A stretch of DNA of 63,895 nt, counting the filler, from Stramenopiles sp. TOSAG23-2 (Eukaryota), in NCBI GenBank assembly GCA_900128395.1. It is 13 parts of 13 records of this genome, joined end to end, with 100 filler letters (N's around TTAATTAATTAA, not from the genome) between each part and the next. Parts side by side here need not be neighbours in the genome. Positions count along the whole stretch, not along the records: positions 1 to 6,404 come from LT650470.1; positions 6,505 to 12,906 come from LT650471.1; positions 13,007 to 19,400 come from LT650472.1; 10 more parts are not named here. One strand, 5' to 3'. Positions 1 through 13,121 of this stretch are shown one piece after another. Positions within the stretch are counted from its first letter, which is position 1. Each line of letters starts with the position of its first letter. The translations under genes were made by a program, and so were the position numbers. Below the pieces are notes generated by a model that saw nothing but the letters and a program-made list of their open reading frames with translations, searched no databases and was not told the origin of the DNA.

Positions 1-284
1 TAATAATAAAATTTCATAATTTATTTTTTTTTTTTTTTTTTTTTTTTTCTTCTCGTCGTTGTTGTTGTTGTGTTGTTCTTGGGTGTGGCCAAGCTGGCAA
101 GATTTAAAGATATAGTTGGTAAATGTACTTAACATGTATATAAGACTACAAAAATATGGTTTAAAAAAATTATATATCTAATATTAGATATATTATTGAT
201 TTTAATTTCATTATATAATTTATAGACAAACCGATTTTCTTCAAGAAGAATACAAAGAAAAAACGCTTCTTCACCTCATCTCTC

Positions 285-2212
285 TCATGGAAACTCTTTC
301 TTAATTAATTTATTTGCTTCTTCAAATACATATTCTGCAAATCGTACATACTCAGGTAAGGTTTGTTTATTATATGCATTGCAACATTTAACAACAAGTT
401 GCGCATCTTCAAGAAATTCTTCGGTGCTTGCATACATGGCATTCCCGCATTTATCTGATATCGATTTAAAATCCATTGGTGTCAAACCATTTATTCGTAA
501 AATATTTAAATACTCAGATGCAATTACAGGATATTGCACAATAACCGGCTCGTAAAAAGTAGTAAGGCGCATTACTACGCCTCTTGAATCTTTCCATTGC
601 ACATTGCTCTTCAATTTCATCACAATTTCAAGCAATTTAGTATTCAATGGATCCAAGGCATTTGTTCGTCGTTTCTTTTTACCACCATAAGTTTTCTTAT
701 ATTGATTAACATCATTTGCCTGCGATGTACGTTTCTTCACTACAATATTTTTATTATTATTATAATTATTATTAAATGTGCGCGCAGGACTACGACTTGG
801 ACCAACGGATTCACTGGCACTTTTTCTAAATTTTATTTTTAATTTATTTTTGCTGCGATTAGGATCAACAGCACGGGAATTTGATGGGCTGGCAACTCGA
901 CGAGATTTACTGCGTGACAATCGTAGCGTATTGCCTTTTTGTTTCTCCATGAGTTTAATACCGCAAGTATAATCAAAAAATTCTTGCCTACGAATATGAC
1001 TTTTCTCGCCTTTTTTATTAAGTTTTCTCAATTTTTCGTCATCAACTTTCTCAAACGTGACCGTGCATTTCTTTATTTGGCCATCTTGGCCATATGTAGT
1101 TCGAATAATACGTTGCACTTCTTTTGATCTTTTTTTTGCCGCTGCCTCCTTCATTCTACTTTGTTCTTTTTGACGCTGTGCAGCTTGTCTACCACCAGGT
1201 GCTCTACTAGGTGCTATCTGTACCGGATCTTTGTAAACTGCACTTAAATATGGAAGCACCTTGTCCTCGCGCTCAATGCCATCTTTGCTACTATTTGTTG
1301 CAACTAAACCGGTCCAATCTTTCTTTTCTCGCCCTTGCCGAGATCGTGGGGGGGTTGATGATGCGGATGATGTGTAAGAAAGGGATGAAGAAGGTCTACC
1401 ATTACTACCTTCAAATGAATTGTTGTTGTTGTTGGCATCATCCTCGTTAATATTCAAGTGGTTAAAAGTACCTGCTAATATTTCATCCTGCTTCAATGCA
1501 ATATCAGTTAATCTTTCTTTGTAATTTGAAGGAGAATTATCTAACGTTCCTTCTTTTATTGCTCGTTGTATGCGCAATTTTTCAATCAATTTAACCTTTG
1601 CATATTTATGCTTCAAAGTTTTAATATCATCGAGATCTTGCCCCAACTCGTTTACCAATATATGATTAACTTGACGCATTTTGAGCTTCATTAATTCAGT
1701 CTTCGTTTGGTGTCCAGCACGGCCATGGTGCCCACTTTTGGCTTTTTCCTCCTCGTCTATGACATAACTAAAACCAGCACCTTCGATGCCGAAGGGATTC
1801 CCAGGCCCAGTCAAACGCAATTTTTGTATTGAGGAATCAATTCGCTTTAACCAAACATGACTTTGCTGGAAATTTTTTTGTAACTTCCACGGTAATGTTT
1901 GCAAAATGGCTACGAAAGTTTTAATCGAATTAATTTCACGTCGGCCTATTTCCAATGCTTTCTCTACTGTTTCAATGCGTCTATCGTATAACCCAACTTG
2001 ATAATAACCATGTCCCCGTTCAGCACGTTTTTTTCTTTCTGATTCTAGCCATCGCAAGCGATTTCGTCGCCTTTTTTGTATGTTTAACAAAATTTTTAAT
2101 GGACCTTTTTCTGGATCTAATATTTCTTGCACCCATTTCCTTCCTTTTGGCATTTGACTCCTTTTTAATTTCAAGTGTACATTCTTTTTATTGGCATCTG
2201 TTGAACGACCAT

Positions 2213-2250
<38 letters not shown>

Positions 2251-4754
2251 CTCGTCGTCGTAGTCGTAGTCGTTGCAGCAGTACTACTATTACTACTACT
2301 ACCATTTGTTGCAGTTGCAGCAGCATTCGCGTTCGTAAGCCTAGACAATGTAGTTCTTCCATCTATTTGTTTCTCTCGAATCGATGTTTCTGGTACAAAT
2401 TCATGACTTAAAAATGATGTACTTTTTGCGTGTATTATTTCGCTTATCAATGCGTTGTGTATGGCGACTTCTTCGATTGGAATGGTCTTTTCCAGTTTTT
2501 CTATCGCATCTTCTAAATCATTGTATTCTGGTTTTAATGTTTTAGTAGCTGAAGTGCCAGCTAAAATTGTTCGTCTCGCAAGAATAAACGTATTGTAATA
2601 TCCTTTATATCCATGTGCTAACGGCAATAGCTTTCCCAATTCAGTTTCGTGAATTTTCTCCCATCCCGATGTCTTGTTTCTGTGATATCTATCTCGCCGT
2701 TCTTTCATTATCTTCAAGATTTGTAATTTATAATAACTTTTCCGAACTTCTGCTTTTGCTTTTGATTTGGAAGTATCGGCAATAACCTCTTGTTGACCAA
2801 CTGCATATGTATGTGGTATTGGCCAAATTTTTGCCTTTTTGGATATACGTAGCCTTTCTCCAACTTTTTTCTTTCCAACAATGGTAACTAGAAATTCGCA
2901 GCTAGGGATCTCTTGCTTCTTAATTTTTGCTCGACTTAAATTTGTCCATAACACTTTTGTAGTAGAGTTCTCCTTCAATGATTTACGGCCTAATAATGGA
3001 TACAAATCCTCGTTATCTGTTTTGTTAATTTGTACATTGTGTCCAATTCTATGGATTTTTCTTGAATTGCTGTTCTTTTTATTTCCACTTGAACCATCGC
3101 CCCCTTTTCCCATGTGATAATTAATAATTTTTGCACCCATACCAATTTCATTCAACAGTGGTGGTTTTTCTTCTAAATATTCAAATAAAACCATTTCTCC
3201 TTTATCTTTTGAGCTAGCAAATAAGCTTTTATGATCCGTGATCGAATGATTGATTTCCATCGGTAACGAAAATGGCTGGCCAAACTTTAAACGTACCCAT
3301 GGCTCCTTCTTTTTGGATAATAAATGTAATGGAGTGAACGATCGTACAGAATAAGACGTTGGTTCTGTTCCAAACTTGGGATGCTTTTTAGCTGCTTCGC
3401 TATGTGATATCGGATTGTATGGTATTTTTAATTTTGGATCGCGATATTTTCTTCTGTGTCGCATTTCACTTGGTGGAAAAGACTTTGTCAAAAGATATTG
3501 AATTTTATTTCGTAACATAATTTCTTGTATATCTACAGTTCTATCTATGCTGCTATAACGCATCATAGACGATCGATGTAGTCCAGGTTTATTTTTAGCC
3601 CATTGTTTTTCTGCATATGTACGAAAATGAATTGCTTTTTTACTTTGCAATGGGAAAACCAGAGCAGGATCTGTATAATCAAGTTTAATGGGTATATCTC
3701 GAGTGCACAATTCCATACCATGTTCATCCGTATCATCCCAAATTACGGCATTTAACCAATTTTTATCTTTTAAATTAGCATTCATACCGATGGATGGAAT
3801 TCTCTGTGTATTTCGTATTGTTTTGAACTTGGCATCGCTCCTTAATTTTTTAGCATTGTACAAGAAGTTCTTCGTGCTGGAATAACTGCCTCCATTGCTA
3901 TACTTGCTGTTTGTTTTTTGTTTTTTATCGTTATCTACGTCCATCATCATATTATTATTTTTGCTTTCGTTATTATTATTGTTATTATTACTATTTTTAT
4001 CATTTAATTCATTGTTATTATTATTATCGTTACTGTTGTTATTCCCATCATCGTTATCATGATTATCTAAATAGCTATCTGAATCATTATCATCTCCCCA
4101 CAATATTTTATCTTCCCAATTTGTATAATTCAATTTGTCTGCCTCCATATCTTCATCGTCATTAATTGCAAATTTCGACTCTTGTAAAACTTCAGGATTG
4201 GCAATTTGATGAGGTATTTGTGCTTTAAAATCATATTCGTCATAAACATTTTTAATTCGTCGATCATATCTGTTCGTTGTATTATTAGATGGCGAAATGA
4301 AGCCATTGCGGGCAGGACTCCCATCATCATTCTTGACATTGTCATCGTCGTTGCATAAATAATCTTCATTAGCAAGCTCAACAACTATTTCATCACTTTC
4401 ACGGTTTTTGCTATTTAATTTGACATATTGCAAGTCTGCTTGATTTTGCTGTCGATACATATTATCACGCATATAGTTAAAGGTCTGTCTATAGCTCAAC
4501 ACTTGATTTTCGCCTTGAAATCCCGGCCGTGGCCTGACACGAGTACGTTTGCTTAATATATGTTTCACCATTATCTTTTGATTCTTTTCCTTATCATTTT
4601 CAGTATTTCCACCAATATTACTATTGGCAACATCTTCTACTTCCATTTGTTCATCTTCATCAAGTTCATCCTCATCCAGCTCTTCCTCCTCCACTTCCTC
4701 TTCTTGTGGTGGTGGCTTTGGTATGATTCTAAGTCGTTTTCCTTGTAAATGCAT
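285..4754 (-). CDS. TAF1: TFIID subunit TAF1-like protein (central DUF3591-type region plus C-terminal bromodomain)
   Basis: EYLEEKPPLLNEIGMGAKIINY and LRLTGPGNPFGIEGAGFSY match conserved TAF1 blocks. The C-terminal FYEPV...EY...PMDFKSI...Y...EFLEDAQLVVKCCNAYN is a bromodomain. The start codon is uncertain. Confidence 0.85.
2213..2250. repeat. (TAG)n trinucleotide repeat encoding poly-Thr in TAF1
   Basis: Uninterrupted TAG run visible in the sequence. Confidence 0.9.
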
Positions 4755-5084
4755 TTCGTTTGCTTTATAATTTACGTGTTATTCTGTAGTATTATTCGTC
4801 CCGAAGTTACTATATATATATATATATATATTGGTTACGTCTGTTCACTATTCTATTCTTCTATATGTATCTATCTATGTATCCTACAGAGGTCACATTT
4901 TCATTCATTCATTTTTATTTTTTATTTGGTGGTAGTTTTGTTTGATTTTGTGTTTTTTTAGTGTTTGTTGGTGGCGTGAATATAGCATAGACATAGCATT
5001 GGTTTTATTTTATTATTTAAAATATTTGCTGGTTTGTTTTATTTTTTACCACAACAACAACGAAAGATCGTCATCCTTCTCATC

Positions 5085-5140
5085 CTTCTCTCTCGCTCTC
5101 TCTCTCACTCTCTCTCTCTCTCTCTCTCGCTCTCTCTCTC
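5085..5140. repeat. (CT)n microsatellite
   Basis: Interrupted CT dinucleotide run between TAF1 and the transporter gene. Confidence 0.85.
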
Positions 5141-5144
5141 TACT

Positions 5145-6299
5145 TTAGTTCTTCATTTTAACGTGGTAAAATTCAAAGAAATAATATCCTATCAATACAA
5201 TGATTAATGCAATTAAATCGCTCAAATAAAATGTTTCAATATATTTACCAACCAAAAATGTGCAATATACCGCTTGTTGAATTGGTATGACCAATGCACT
5301 AGCTACTGCCATTGTTGAACTGCCATATTTTTGAATGACATATAATCCAATGAAATAGACGTAAAAATCAACAAAACAATACGAGAAAAATAAATACGTA
5401 TTAGATGAATCGCAACGTGGTCTATTTTCATTGGTTGAACTAATGCCAAATGTACATTTCACACCATCAACCATCACTTCAGGTATATCTTTAAATTCCA
5501 CTCCACCAAATATCGACAATTGCTGCGTTGGTAAAAAGAAAATATATAAAAAAAATTGTGTATACATTGTCCACATGAACATTTTCATTGGATGTAAATT
5601 TTGATATGTTTTAAATACAAAATGTTCAAATACCCTTTCAATTCCTAAGCCCATATTACCTAATGCGAAAAATAAAGTGGAATACCAATAAATAGGATTT
5701 CCATTTGTATGATTAGTCCCGCCACCATTGATAATACTATGTAATGATGATAAAAATGTTCCAATTAAAATGAAAATTGCACCACAATATTGTGCGTTTG
5801 TTCCTTTGATTTTCAAAAATAAATATGATAAAATCAATACAACTGGTAGCGATAGCAATCCTAGCAAACTTTGAGATAAAAGTGCTGTATTTGGCATACC
5901 AATGGCTAAAAATACATTTGATGTGCCATTCAACACGCCTATTACTACGAGTAAATACCATGGTGTACGTTTTGTTATTGATATTTCTTCTTGTTCCTCA
6001 ATATCATTAGCATCACCAATATTGTTTAGTATTTTCCGTTCTTGTGAACGTGAACATTTATTAATAATTATCATATGAATCGATGACATAATCATATACA
6101 TAAATGCGGTTGCTTGGTTCAAATATTGACTATAAATCTCTTCGTATTTCTTAAACAAGACACCTCCAATCACACCATCTAAAATTAAAAAGACAACGTA
6201 TAATAATGTAATGAATATTAATTTTTTATAATATTGATATGATTTTTTCGTTGTTGTTATTGAAGTACTACTATCATTATGATTTATCAATGGCTCCAT
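5145..6299 (-). CDS. CRT-like (chloroquine-resistance-transporter-like) drug/metabolite transporter
   Basis: About 10 hydrophobic helices. YSQYLNQ follows TM1, and the Cys-containing loop DGVKCTFG...C before the last TMs is typical of the CRT-like family. Confidence 0.7.
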   Translation of the reverse strand: MEPLINHNDSSTSITTTKKSYQYYKKLIFITLLYVVFLILDGVIGGVLFKKYEEIYSQYLNQATAFMYMIMSSIHMIIINKCSRSQERKILNNIGDANDIEEQEEISITKRTPWYLLVVIGVLNGTSNVFLAIGMPNTALLSQSLLGLLSLPVVLILSYLFLKIKGTNAQYCGAIFILIGTFLSSLHSIINGGGTNHTNGNPIYWYSTLFFALGNMGLGIERVFEHFVFKTYQNLHPMKMFMWTMYTQFFLYIFFLPTQQLSIFGGVEFKDIPEVMVDGVKCTFGISSTNENRPRCDSSNTYLFFSYCFVDFYVYFIGLYVIQKYGSSTMAVASALVIPIQQAVYCTFLVGKYIETFYLSDLIALIIVLIGYYFFEFYHVKMKN

Positions 6300-6404
6300 A
6301 TCTATCGCATATATTAATAAAAGGTGGGCGGTGCTTGAAGATAGAAAAACGGGGGATGTATACGGATTGAATATTGTTAATGTTGTTGTTGTTTAATGTG
6401 ATGT

Positions 6405-6504
6405 NNNNNNNNNNNNNNNNNNNNNNNNNNNNNNNNNNNNNNNNNNNNTTAATTAATTAANNNNNNNNNNNNNNNNNNNNNNNNNNNNNNNNNNNNNNNN
6501 NNNN
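6405..6504. other. Artificial contig linker (44N-TTAATTAATTAA-44N). Identical linkers at 12907-13006, 19401-19500, 25891-25990, 32355-32454, 38787-38886, 45207-45306, 51623-51722, 58037-58136, 59503-59602, 60968-61067 and 62432-62531
   Basis: The same 100-nt structure, with stops in all six frames, occurs 12 times, and the contigs between linkers are in descending length order. Confidence 0.98.
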
Positions 6505-6513
6505 AGTACAATT

Positions 6514-7542
6514 TTAAAGTTTACTGCTACCGCCATTCTTTTTTAAATATCTCAATGTCTTTTGAAATCCAGAACCTCCCATCATCATGTCGCCCATTTT
6601 TGGGAAATCACCATCATTGAAATTATCCAAAGTGCTTCTTCGATTATTTAAAATATCTTCCGGCGTGGGCATTTTGCCAGTAATTTTTGGATTTAAGAAC
6701 AATCCTGCTGATCGTTGCAATCGTACTTGTGCATACCAACCGGCCCCTGCTTCAAATACAGCAGATCGATATGGGCATTCTTTGGAACACATCATGACAA
6801 CAACAGGTGATACCATATCAGGTGAAGACATCACATCAAAACCATTCGATGTAAACTCATTAGTATTATTTTTCTTTTGCGTAGTACTATTTATTTTTTT
6901 ATTTCTTCTTCTCCTATTTGCAACAGCTTTCCCAAAATCTGCTACCATACGTGTTGCTGCTTGTGGTGCAATACAGTTTGCTCTGAAATCTAATTTCATC
7001 CTATTAGCTTCAATTTGTAAACTTGAAGCAAAACCTACTACACCCATTTTAGATACTGCATAATGTACACTGCCATCTGTTCCATATAAACCAGCAGGGG
7101 ATGATGTCATTACAACGCGCCCATACTTTTGTTTAATGAAATATGGCCAACAACTTTTTGTGACGGAAAAAGCACCATCTAAATGGATGGAAAGCATGCG
7201 ATTCCATTCTTCTTCTTTCATATTTTTCAATGCTTGTGGAAATGCAATACCAGCATTATTGATTAAAATATCAACACGTCCATATGTATCAATAGCAGTT
7301 TGAACAATTTTATGGCCTTCTAAAACGCTATCATAATTAGCAACTGCTTCGCCACCTAATGCTTTTATTTCACGTACAACATCATCTGCTACTCTTGAAC
7401 CGACACCAGTTCCATCAAATGAACCACCTAAATCATTTATTACCACTTTGCATCCTTTTGAAGCTAATAACATGGCATGAGAACGTCCTAATCCACGTCC
7501 AGCACCGGTTACAATTGCTACTTGTCCTGTAAAGTCCATCAT
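6514..7542 (-). CDS. Peroxisomal SDR, (3R)-hydroxyacyl-CoA dehydrogenase (HSD17B4/MFE-2 N-domain-like)
   Basis: VTGAGRGLG, NDLGGSFDGTG, NNAGI, the YxxxK motif YAVSK and FEAGAGW are present. It ends in the PTS1 signal SKL. Confidence 0.9.
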   Translation of the reverse strand: MMDFTGQVAIVTGAGRGLGRSHAMLLASKGCKVVINDLGGSFDGTGVGSRVADDVVREIKALGGEAVANYDSVLEGHKIVQTAIDTYGRVDILINNAGIAFPQALKNMKEEEWNRMLSIHLDGAFSVTKSCWPYFIKQKYGRVVMTSSPAGLYGTDGSVHYAVSKMGVVGFASSLQIEANRMKLDFRANCIAPQAATRMVADFGKAVANRRRRNKKINSTTQKKNNTNEFTSNGFDVMSSPDMVSPVVVMMCSKECPYRSAVFEAGAGWYAQVRLQRSAGLFLNPKITGKMPTPEDILNNRRSTLDNFNDGDFPKMGDMMMGGSGFQKTLRYLKKNGGSSKL

Positions 7543-8111
7543 TATGTTTTATTCTTCTTCTATTATATAAATTTACAAATTCGTATTTTTGTGTTAAATG
7601 AATGCATAAGAGCATAAAATATTGTTTATTTAGATTATATGATTTACTTTTACTCTCTCCACAACTATACAAGATTGTTTATTTTTGTTTTTCCAGAAAG
7701 ATATTTAAGTTAAGCGACGAGAGTAAGACGGAAGAAGAACGAGAGAGAAGAAGAGAAGAAGCGAAGAAGGATGACGGAAGGGAAAGTGGTGCTAAAAAAG
7801 CTATATTAAGGAAGTAAGTTATAATTAATTGATATAGTTAGATTAATATATATGATTATTGAGAAGATCTATTTTAACTATCTCCTTAATTTTCAAATGT
7901 CACCACCACCACATGCACACCAGCACAACAGGCGATCTCATCACTTTGCGGGAAATTAGGACCTCCTTCAAAAAAAGCTTAGCTACCACTTTTCTTTCGA
8001 AAAAATTTAAATTAGTACTAACTATAACTAAAAAAACAAACTGGTGAATGAATGTAAAGAGAATATTATTAGATACATATATACATGTAAGACATAAAAA
8101 TTAATTCAACA

Positions 8112-8841
8112 ATGGCTTCTCTAGTAGTGAAAACACGGAAATGTGACGCGTGTAGTAAAACAAGTATTGTGAATTTACCATGTTGCGAAAGCATTAAAAT
8201 ATTATAATAAAGCATTAGATATTCAATTAAAGAAATTAGGTAAAGATCATCCTGGCGTTGCAATATTATATAATAATATTGGTGAAGTTTACAAGGATCA
8301 AGGTAAAAACGATGAAGCATTAGGATATTTTAATAAAGCATTGGATATTCAATTGAACAAATTAGGCAAAGATCATCCTAATGTTGCATCATTATATAAT
8401 AATATTGGATCAGTTTACTATGATCAAGGTAAAAGCGGGAAAGCATTAAAATATTGGAATAAAGCATTGCATATTCGTACAAATAAATTAGGTGAAGATC
8501 ATCCTTCTGTTGCTCGATTATATGGTCATATTGGTAATGCTTATGGAAAAATAGATCAACACACTGAATCTATAAAATATCATACTAAAGCATTAAAGAT
8601 TCGATTAAAGAGATTCGGGGAAGATCATGCTGATGTTGCAATATCATACAGTAACATGGCAAATACTTATAAGCGACAAGGAAAATACAACGAAGCATTA
8701 CAGTGTAAAAAAAAGGCATTCAATATTCGTAAGACAACCTTGGGTACACATCACCATCTTACACTTCGCACACTGAAAAGCACTCTTGAACTGAAAAGGT
8801 ATTTGAAGAGGGTGAGAGATGAAACTAGAGAGGCGTATTAA
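8112..8841 (+). pseudogene. Kinesin-light-chain-type TPR protein with an out-of-frame, truncated MYND-like N-terminus
   Basis: The TPR frame (KALxIxxxxLGxDHP repeats) is open from about 8173 to 8841 with no ATG at its 5' end. The ATG at 8112 gives MASLVVKTRKCDACSKTSIVNLPCC in a different frame. Confidence 0.6.
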
Positions 8842-9235
8842 AGAATTAATATATATATATATATATACACGTGTAATATATATATCTATCATATATATTA
8901 TTATATCAAATTTAATTTACGCATAATTTATTTTTAATTTACTCATGATAATTCCTACTCTTCAAAAGAATAAAATAACTGAAATAATCTATCTCACACA
9001 AGTGTAGTGTGTTGATATTCTCATAATCGAAAATACCAATGAAGGTAGATAGATAGTATCAACTACTCATAATAGCTGATGGAAAACGGTATATATTATA
9101 TTTAATCATATTAACGAGTTCGTAATTATAATATTTTTACCAACACCACGCCTCAATACTCTTTAAATAAATACGATTTCGTAAACCGATAATATATACC
9201 TGGTACAGTCGGATATATGAGATATTTTAATTAAT

Positions 9236-10294
9236 TTACTCGATATTCACAATTTTTCTTCCAGGAAGATTATGAATTCGTGTTCCTAAATCACGTTTTA
9301 AAATACCTTGTAAAAGTCTAGAAAAACGAAATATTAAACTAACTGTGTAACTTGTATTCATGACTTGCCGTAACGTGACTTGAAATGCTTTCCCGGCTAT
9401 TGTTAAACCTACTAAATTTTCTTGATCAAGAACATTTTTCCCTTGTGCCTCTAAACTAGCCTGGACGCTATATAAAATAGCTAAATGTCGAAGTACATCT
9501 GAAATAATTTCTTCTGAATCTACAAAAAGCCAAAGTTTAGCAAAAAATCCCTTTGGCACAAAAAAGAACTCATAATTTGTCCGTGTAGTTCGTAATTTAA
9601 AAAACACAATTGTTGAACCAAAGAAGAATTTATGCACAGTTAGAATGAAACTCATGCTAATCACTGCTGGGATATTATATACTGTTGGTGAATACATGAT
9701 GGAACTAATAGTGTAAGACACAGAAGAACCAATGAGCCAAAATGCATTCACTGGATTTGCTTTGATTATTACTTTCATTGTTTCGATGTTACCATAACAA
9801 AAAACATAGGCAATCATCCAAATACCATTTGATATATGCAATAAATTCCATAAAACGATAAATACTGGTTCCAATTCACTGCTAGGTGTGTAAAATCCAG
9901 CAATAATGCATGGAACTAATATCAATAACCATGGGCTTATTAATAAAAATAATGTAAATCGAAGAATTGTATAAATGAAATTATAACCATCGAAAAAGTC
10001 CATACATCCAAATCTTTCTGCAAGTGTTAATCCATCTTTCAAAATAATATCAACTTCATCCACTTGCAATGATACTAAATGGTTCGTTGGCTTTTCTAAA
10101 AATCCAAATGTTTTTTTCAATTTTCCATTAGCATCATAATTTCGATTTCCGTAAATAGACTTACAATATGCATCACGAACTTGTTGAAGAAGTTGAAAAT
10201 TGTCTTTTGATGGTTCACTTAAGGATGTATTAGTTGTTATTGAAACCTCTTCGTTGATGTTGTTGTTTTTTTTATTGTTATCATTTTTTTCTTT

Positions 10295-10329
<35 letters not shown>

Positions 10330-10567
10330 TACTGCTACTAGACTTTTCCTCGTCGACATTTGTCAAGGCGTTCTTTCCATTGATGTTGAAATCATGTCGT
10401 TTACGTTCCAATATTGCTAATAATTCTGCTAATTTGTCATTAATTTCTATTTTTTCTTTGATAAAGTCAGGACTATCTTTTAATAATATATTGTTATCAT
10501 TATTATTATTATTATTATCATTATTATTATTATCATTCTTTTCCTCATTTACACGATATTCAGCCAT
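9236..10567 (-). CDS. Uncharacterised multi-pass membrane protein with Asn-rich N-terminus
   Basis: 443-aa ORF with several hydrophobic helices in the C-terminal half and host-typical poly-Asn. Confidence 0.7.
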
Positions 10568-10895
10568 TATATATTATATATATATATATGATATATATAT
10601 TGAATATATATATTTAAAATCAATTTTATTATATAATGTAACGTTTTCTGGGGAGGTAAAAAAGATTATACAAAGCGTGTCTGTCTTTTTGTTGAAGAAT
10701 ACTATCCATGTATATACTTGGTATGTGTTATAAATATATTTTCATATTTTGATGATAGCATGATAGCTAATACGGTATATCCTCCTCTCTGGTATAACAT
10801 CCGAAAGTAAAAAGTATAATATTAATACATAAAAATAACAAATATAATAATAATAAAACTACACAGCATTCAATTTTTATTTTTGATATTAATAT

Positions 10896-12889
10896 TTACA
10901 CCACCTCAACAACATTACCATAGTAACATTCCTGCTCAATTCCTGTATGATTCATCTCCGCTTTGAAATAACCATAATCGCCATAATCCATTCCATAACT
11001 ACTACGTCCAATCCAATATTCTTTACGTTGTTCTTCATCGACACCCCATCCAATAATATTTACCTCATATGTTAATTTTTTTTCTCCATCATCATCAAAA
11101 GATAATATCTCACCTGATTTATAATTCAATGGAAGATTCCATATACCACATGTAATTGGACCATTCGTGAAAATTTCATTTTTCATTGCAACTACACTCC
11201 AACTTTCTATTTTACCCAATTCTTTTAATTTATATGTTGAAAAATTTGATGGTAAAAATACAGGACCACCGCCATTTTCAACTGAATGGCATTTGCCAGG
11301 CCAATATGATTTATTTGTTGGGTTACAAGTTCCACATATTGTTTCTTTTGTACATGTTTGATCTTTCATTGCATATTGACTACATGTTTGATCTGGTAAA
11401 CTATTAAATTCTTTTAAAAATTGAAGTGCATCGAATGGATTTCCACCATCGTTACAATTGTTACGATCTTTATTATTATTATTATTATCAAAGCAATTTA
11501 ATAATACTTGTGTTGATAATACAATCTTTGGCCAAACATTTTTACGATAAATATTTAATCGATCAGATAACATACTTATAACACTTGTAGCCCAACATGA
11601 TTTACAACCTTGACTACTTTGTATCCATGTAGTATAATCAATATTATTCACATTTCTCCAATCATAATTGGATGGTAAATTTTTTGCGTCAATATTGTTA
11701 ATATCAAGTCTTTTTTTCTTCTTTTTTATATTATTTTCATCACTAAAAATATATTTCATCCATAATGTTTTATTTTTAGATGGTACACGACACGAAGTTG
11801 TAGAGGAAGGTGGTGTAATTGTTGATGATTTAATAATAACATTCATTTTATTATCATCTGATGCATTAACAACAACCGGTTTTGTCATTGGTATTGCCCA
11901 TGCACAATCAGATTCGATACCAATATTATTAATTCCACGAATAATACGAGCATATCCATTTTCACCCCACCAAGTACCCTGTGTGAAACGTAGCGTATAT
12001 GTATGAGTGAGGTGTTAGAAAGGATAATAATTATTTTGAGTTTAGAGAAATAGAATAATTTACGTACCCATTGATTTCTTACAATCCAATATTTAGTTCC
12101 ATCTTCTGCAGATTCTCCCCAACCTACAATTGATATTGCATGATCTAATGATGTTCTTCCAGTTTTATCATGTATTATTCCACTTTTATAATGCATTAAA
12201 TCAGGTACTTCCGCAACAGCACATGCTATTGGCCCATTACGATATATTTCATTCATCATAGCTAATGTACCGTTAACCAATCCATGTGATGAAATTTGCC
12301 ATTTTTTATATGTTGTACGTGCTTTACAAATATTATTATCATCATCGCATTGGCGACATTTATCAATTGGATTGCAGGATTTTCCTGTATCGTGTCCTCT
12401 GGCTTCATAAATTTGACACGTTTCATCTGGTATTCCACCATTTTGATAAATAAATTCATACGCAGTACCAAAATCACCACCATGGCAACCTAAATCTACT
12501 TTATCACAATTCAATATAACTTGCGGCGATAAATTAATTTCGGGAAAAGCATTTTTTCTTAATATTTTCAAACGATCACTTAAAGCAGAAGTAGCTGCAA
12601 ATGCCCAACAAGCACCACAATAATATGGTTGAAATTCATTTCGATCAATACTAGCATAATTTATTGTATTATTATTATATTTTCTATAATCTAATTGCTT
12701 TGGCAATTGATCTAGTGTCAAAAATTTATTATTGTAATTATTATTATTATTATTATTATTATCATTAAGTTGTTCCGTTCTATATTTACTTTTTATAAAA
12801 CCTAATGAATATATTGATGGAATGATATTTATACCGTAGATAAAACATATTACCAGTGTCAATCTATGCATTATTCTTATACAATTCAT
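10896..12889 (-). CDS. Tandem two-domain cathepsin Z/X-like cysteine protease (C1A); 2 exons (12889-12068, 11978-10896)
   Basis: Signal peptide, then domain 1 with RNEFQPYYCGACWAF and LDHAISIVGWG. Splicing out 12067-11979 gives WIVRNQW|GTWWGENGYARI and fuses the two listed ORFs. Domain 2 has YDWRN...CKSCWA. Confidence 0.9.
11979..12067 (-). other. Spliceosomal intron (89 nt)
   Basis: GTACGT donor, CTAAC branch-like motif and CACAG acceptor. Removing it restores the conserved RNxWG motif. Confidence 0.88.
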
Positions 12890-13046
12890 ATTGTATTTTT
12901 ACCCCANNNNNNNNNNNNNNNNNNNNNNNNNNNNNNNNNNNNNNNNNNNNTTAATTAATTAANNNNNNNNNNNNNNNNNNNNNNNNNNNNNNNNNNNNNN
13001 NNNNNNTATTTATATATATATAAGAAAAAAAGAAATATATATACGA

Positions 13047-13102
13047 AATATATGTTTAAATTGTTAACAACGGTAATATATGTTTAAATTGTTAACAACG
13101 GT
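13047..13102. repeat. 28-bp perfect tandem duplication upstream of the GST gene
   Basis: aatatatgtttaaattgttaacaacggt occurs twice in direct succession. Confidence 0.9.
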
Positions 13103-13121
13103 ATACATAATTGGTTGAAAG

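Noticed and set aside
2191-2406. Poly-Val/poly-Leu hydrophobic ORFs here and at 10200, 44003, 55373 and elsewhere
   Set aside because: They are antisense shadows of low-complexity tracts in real genes.
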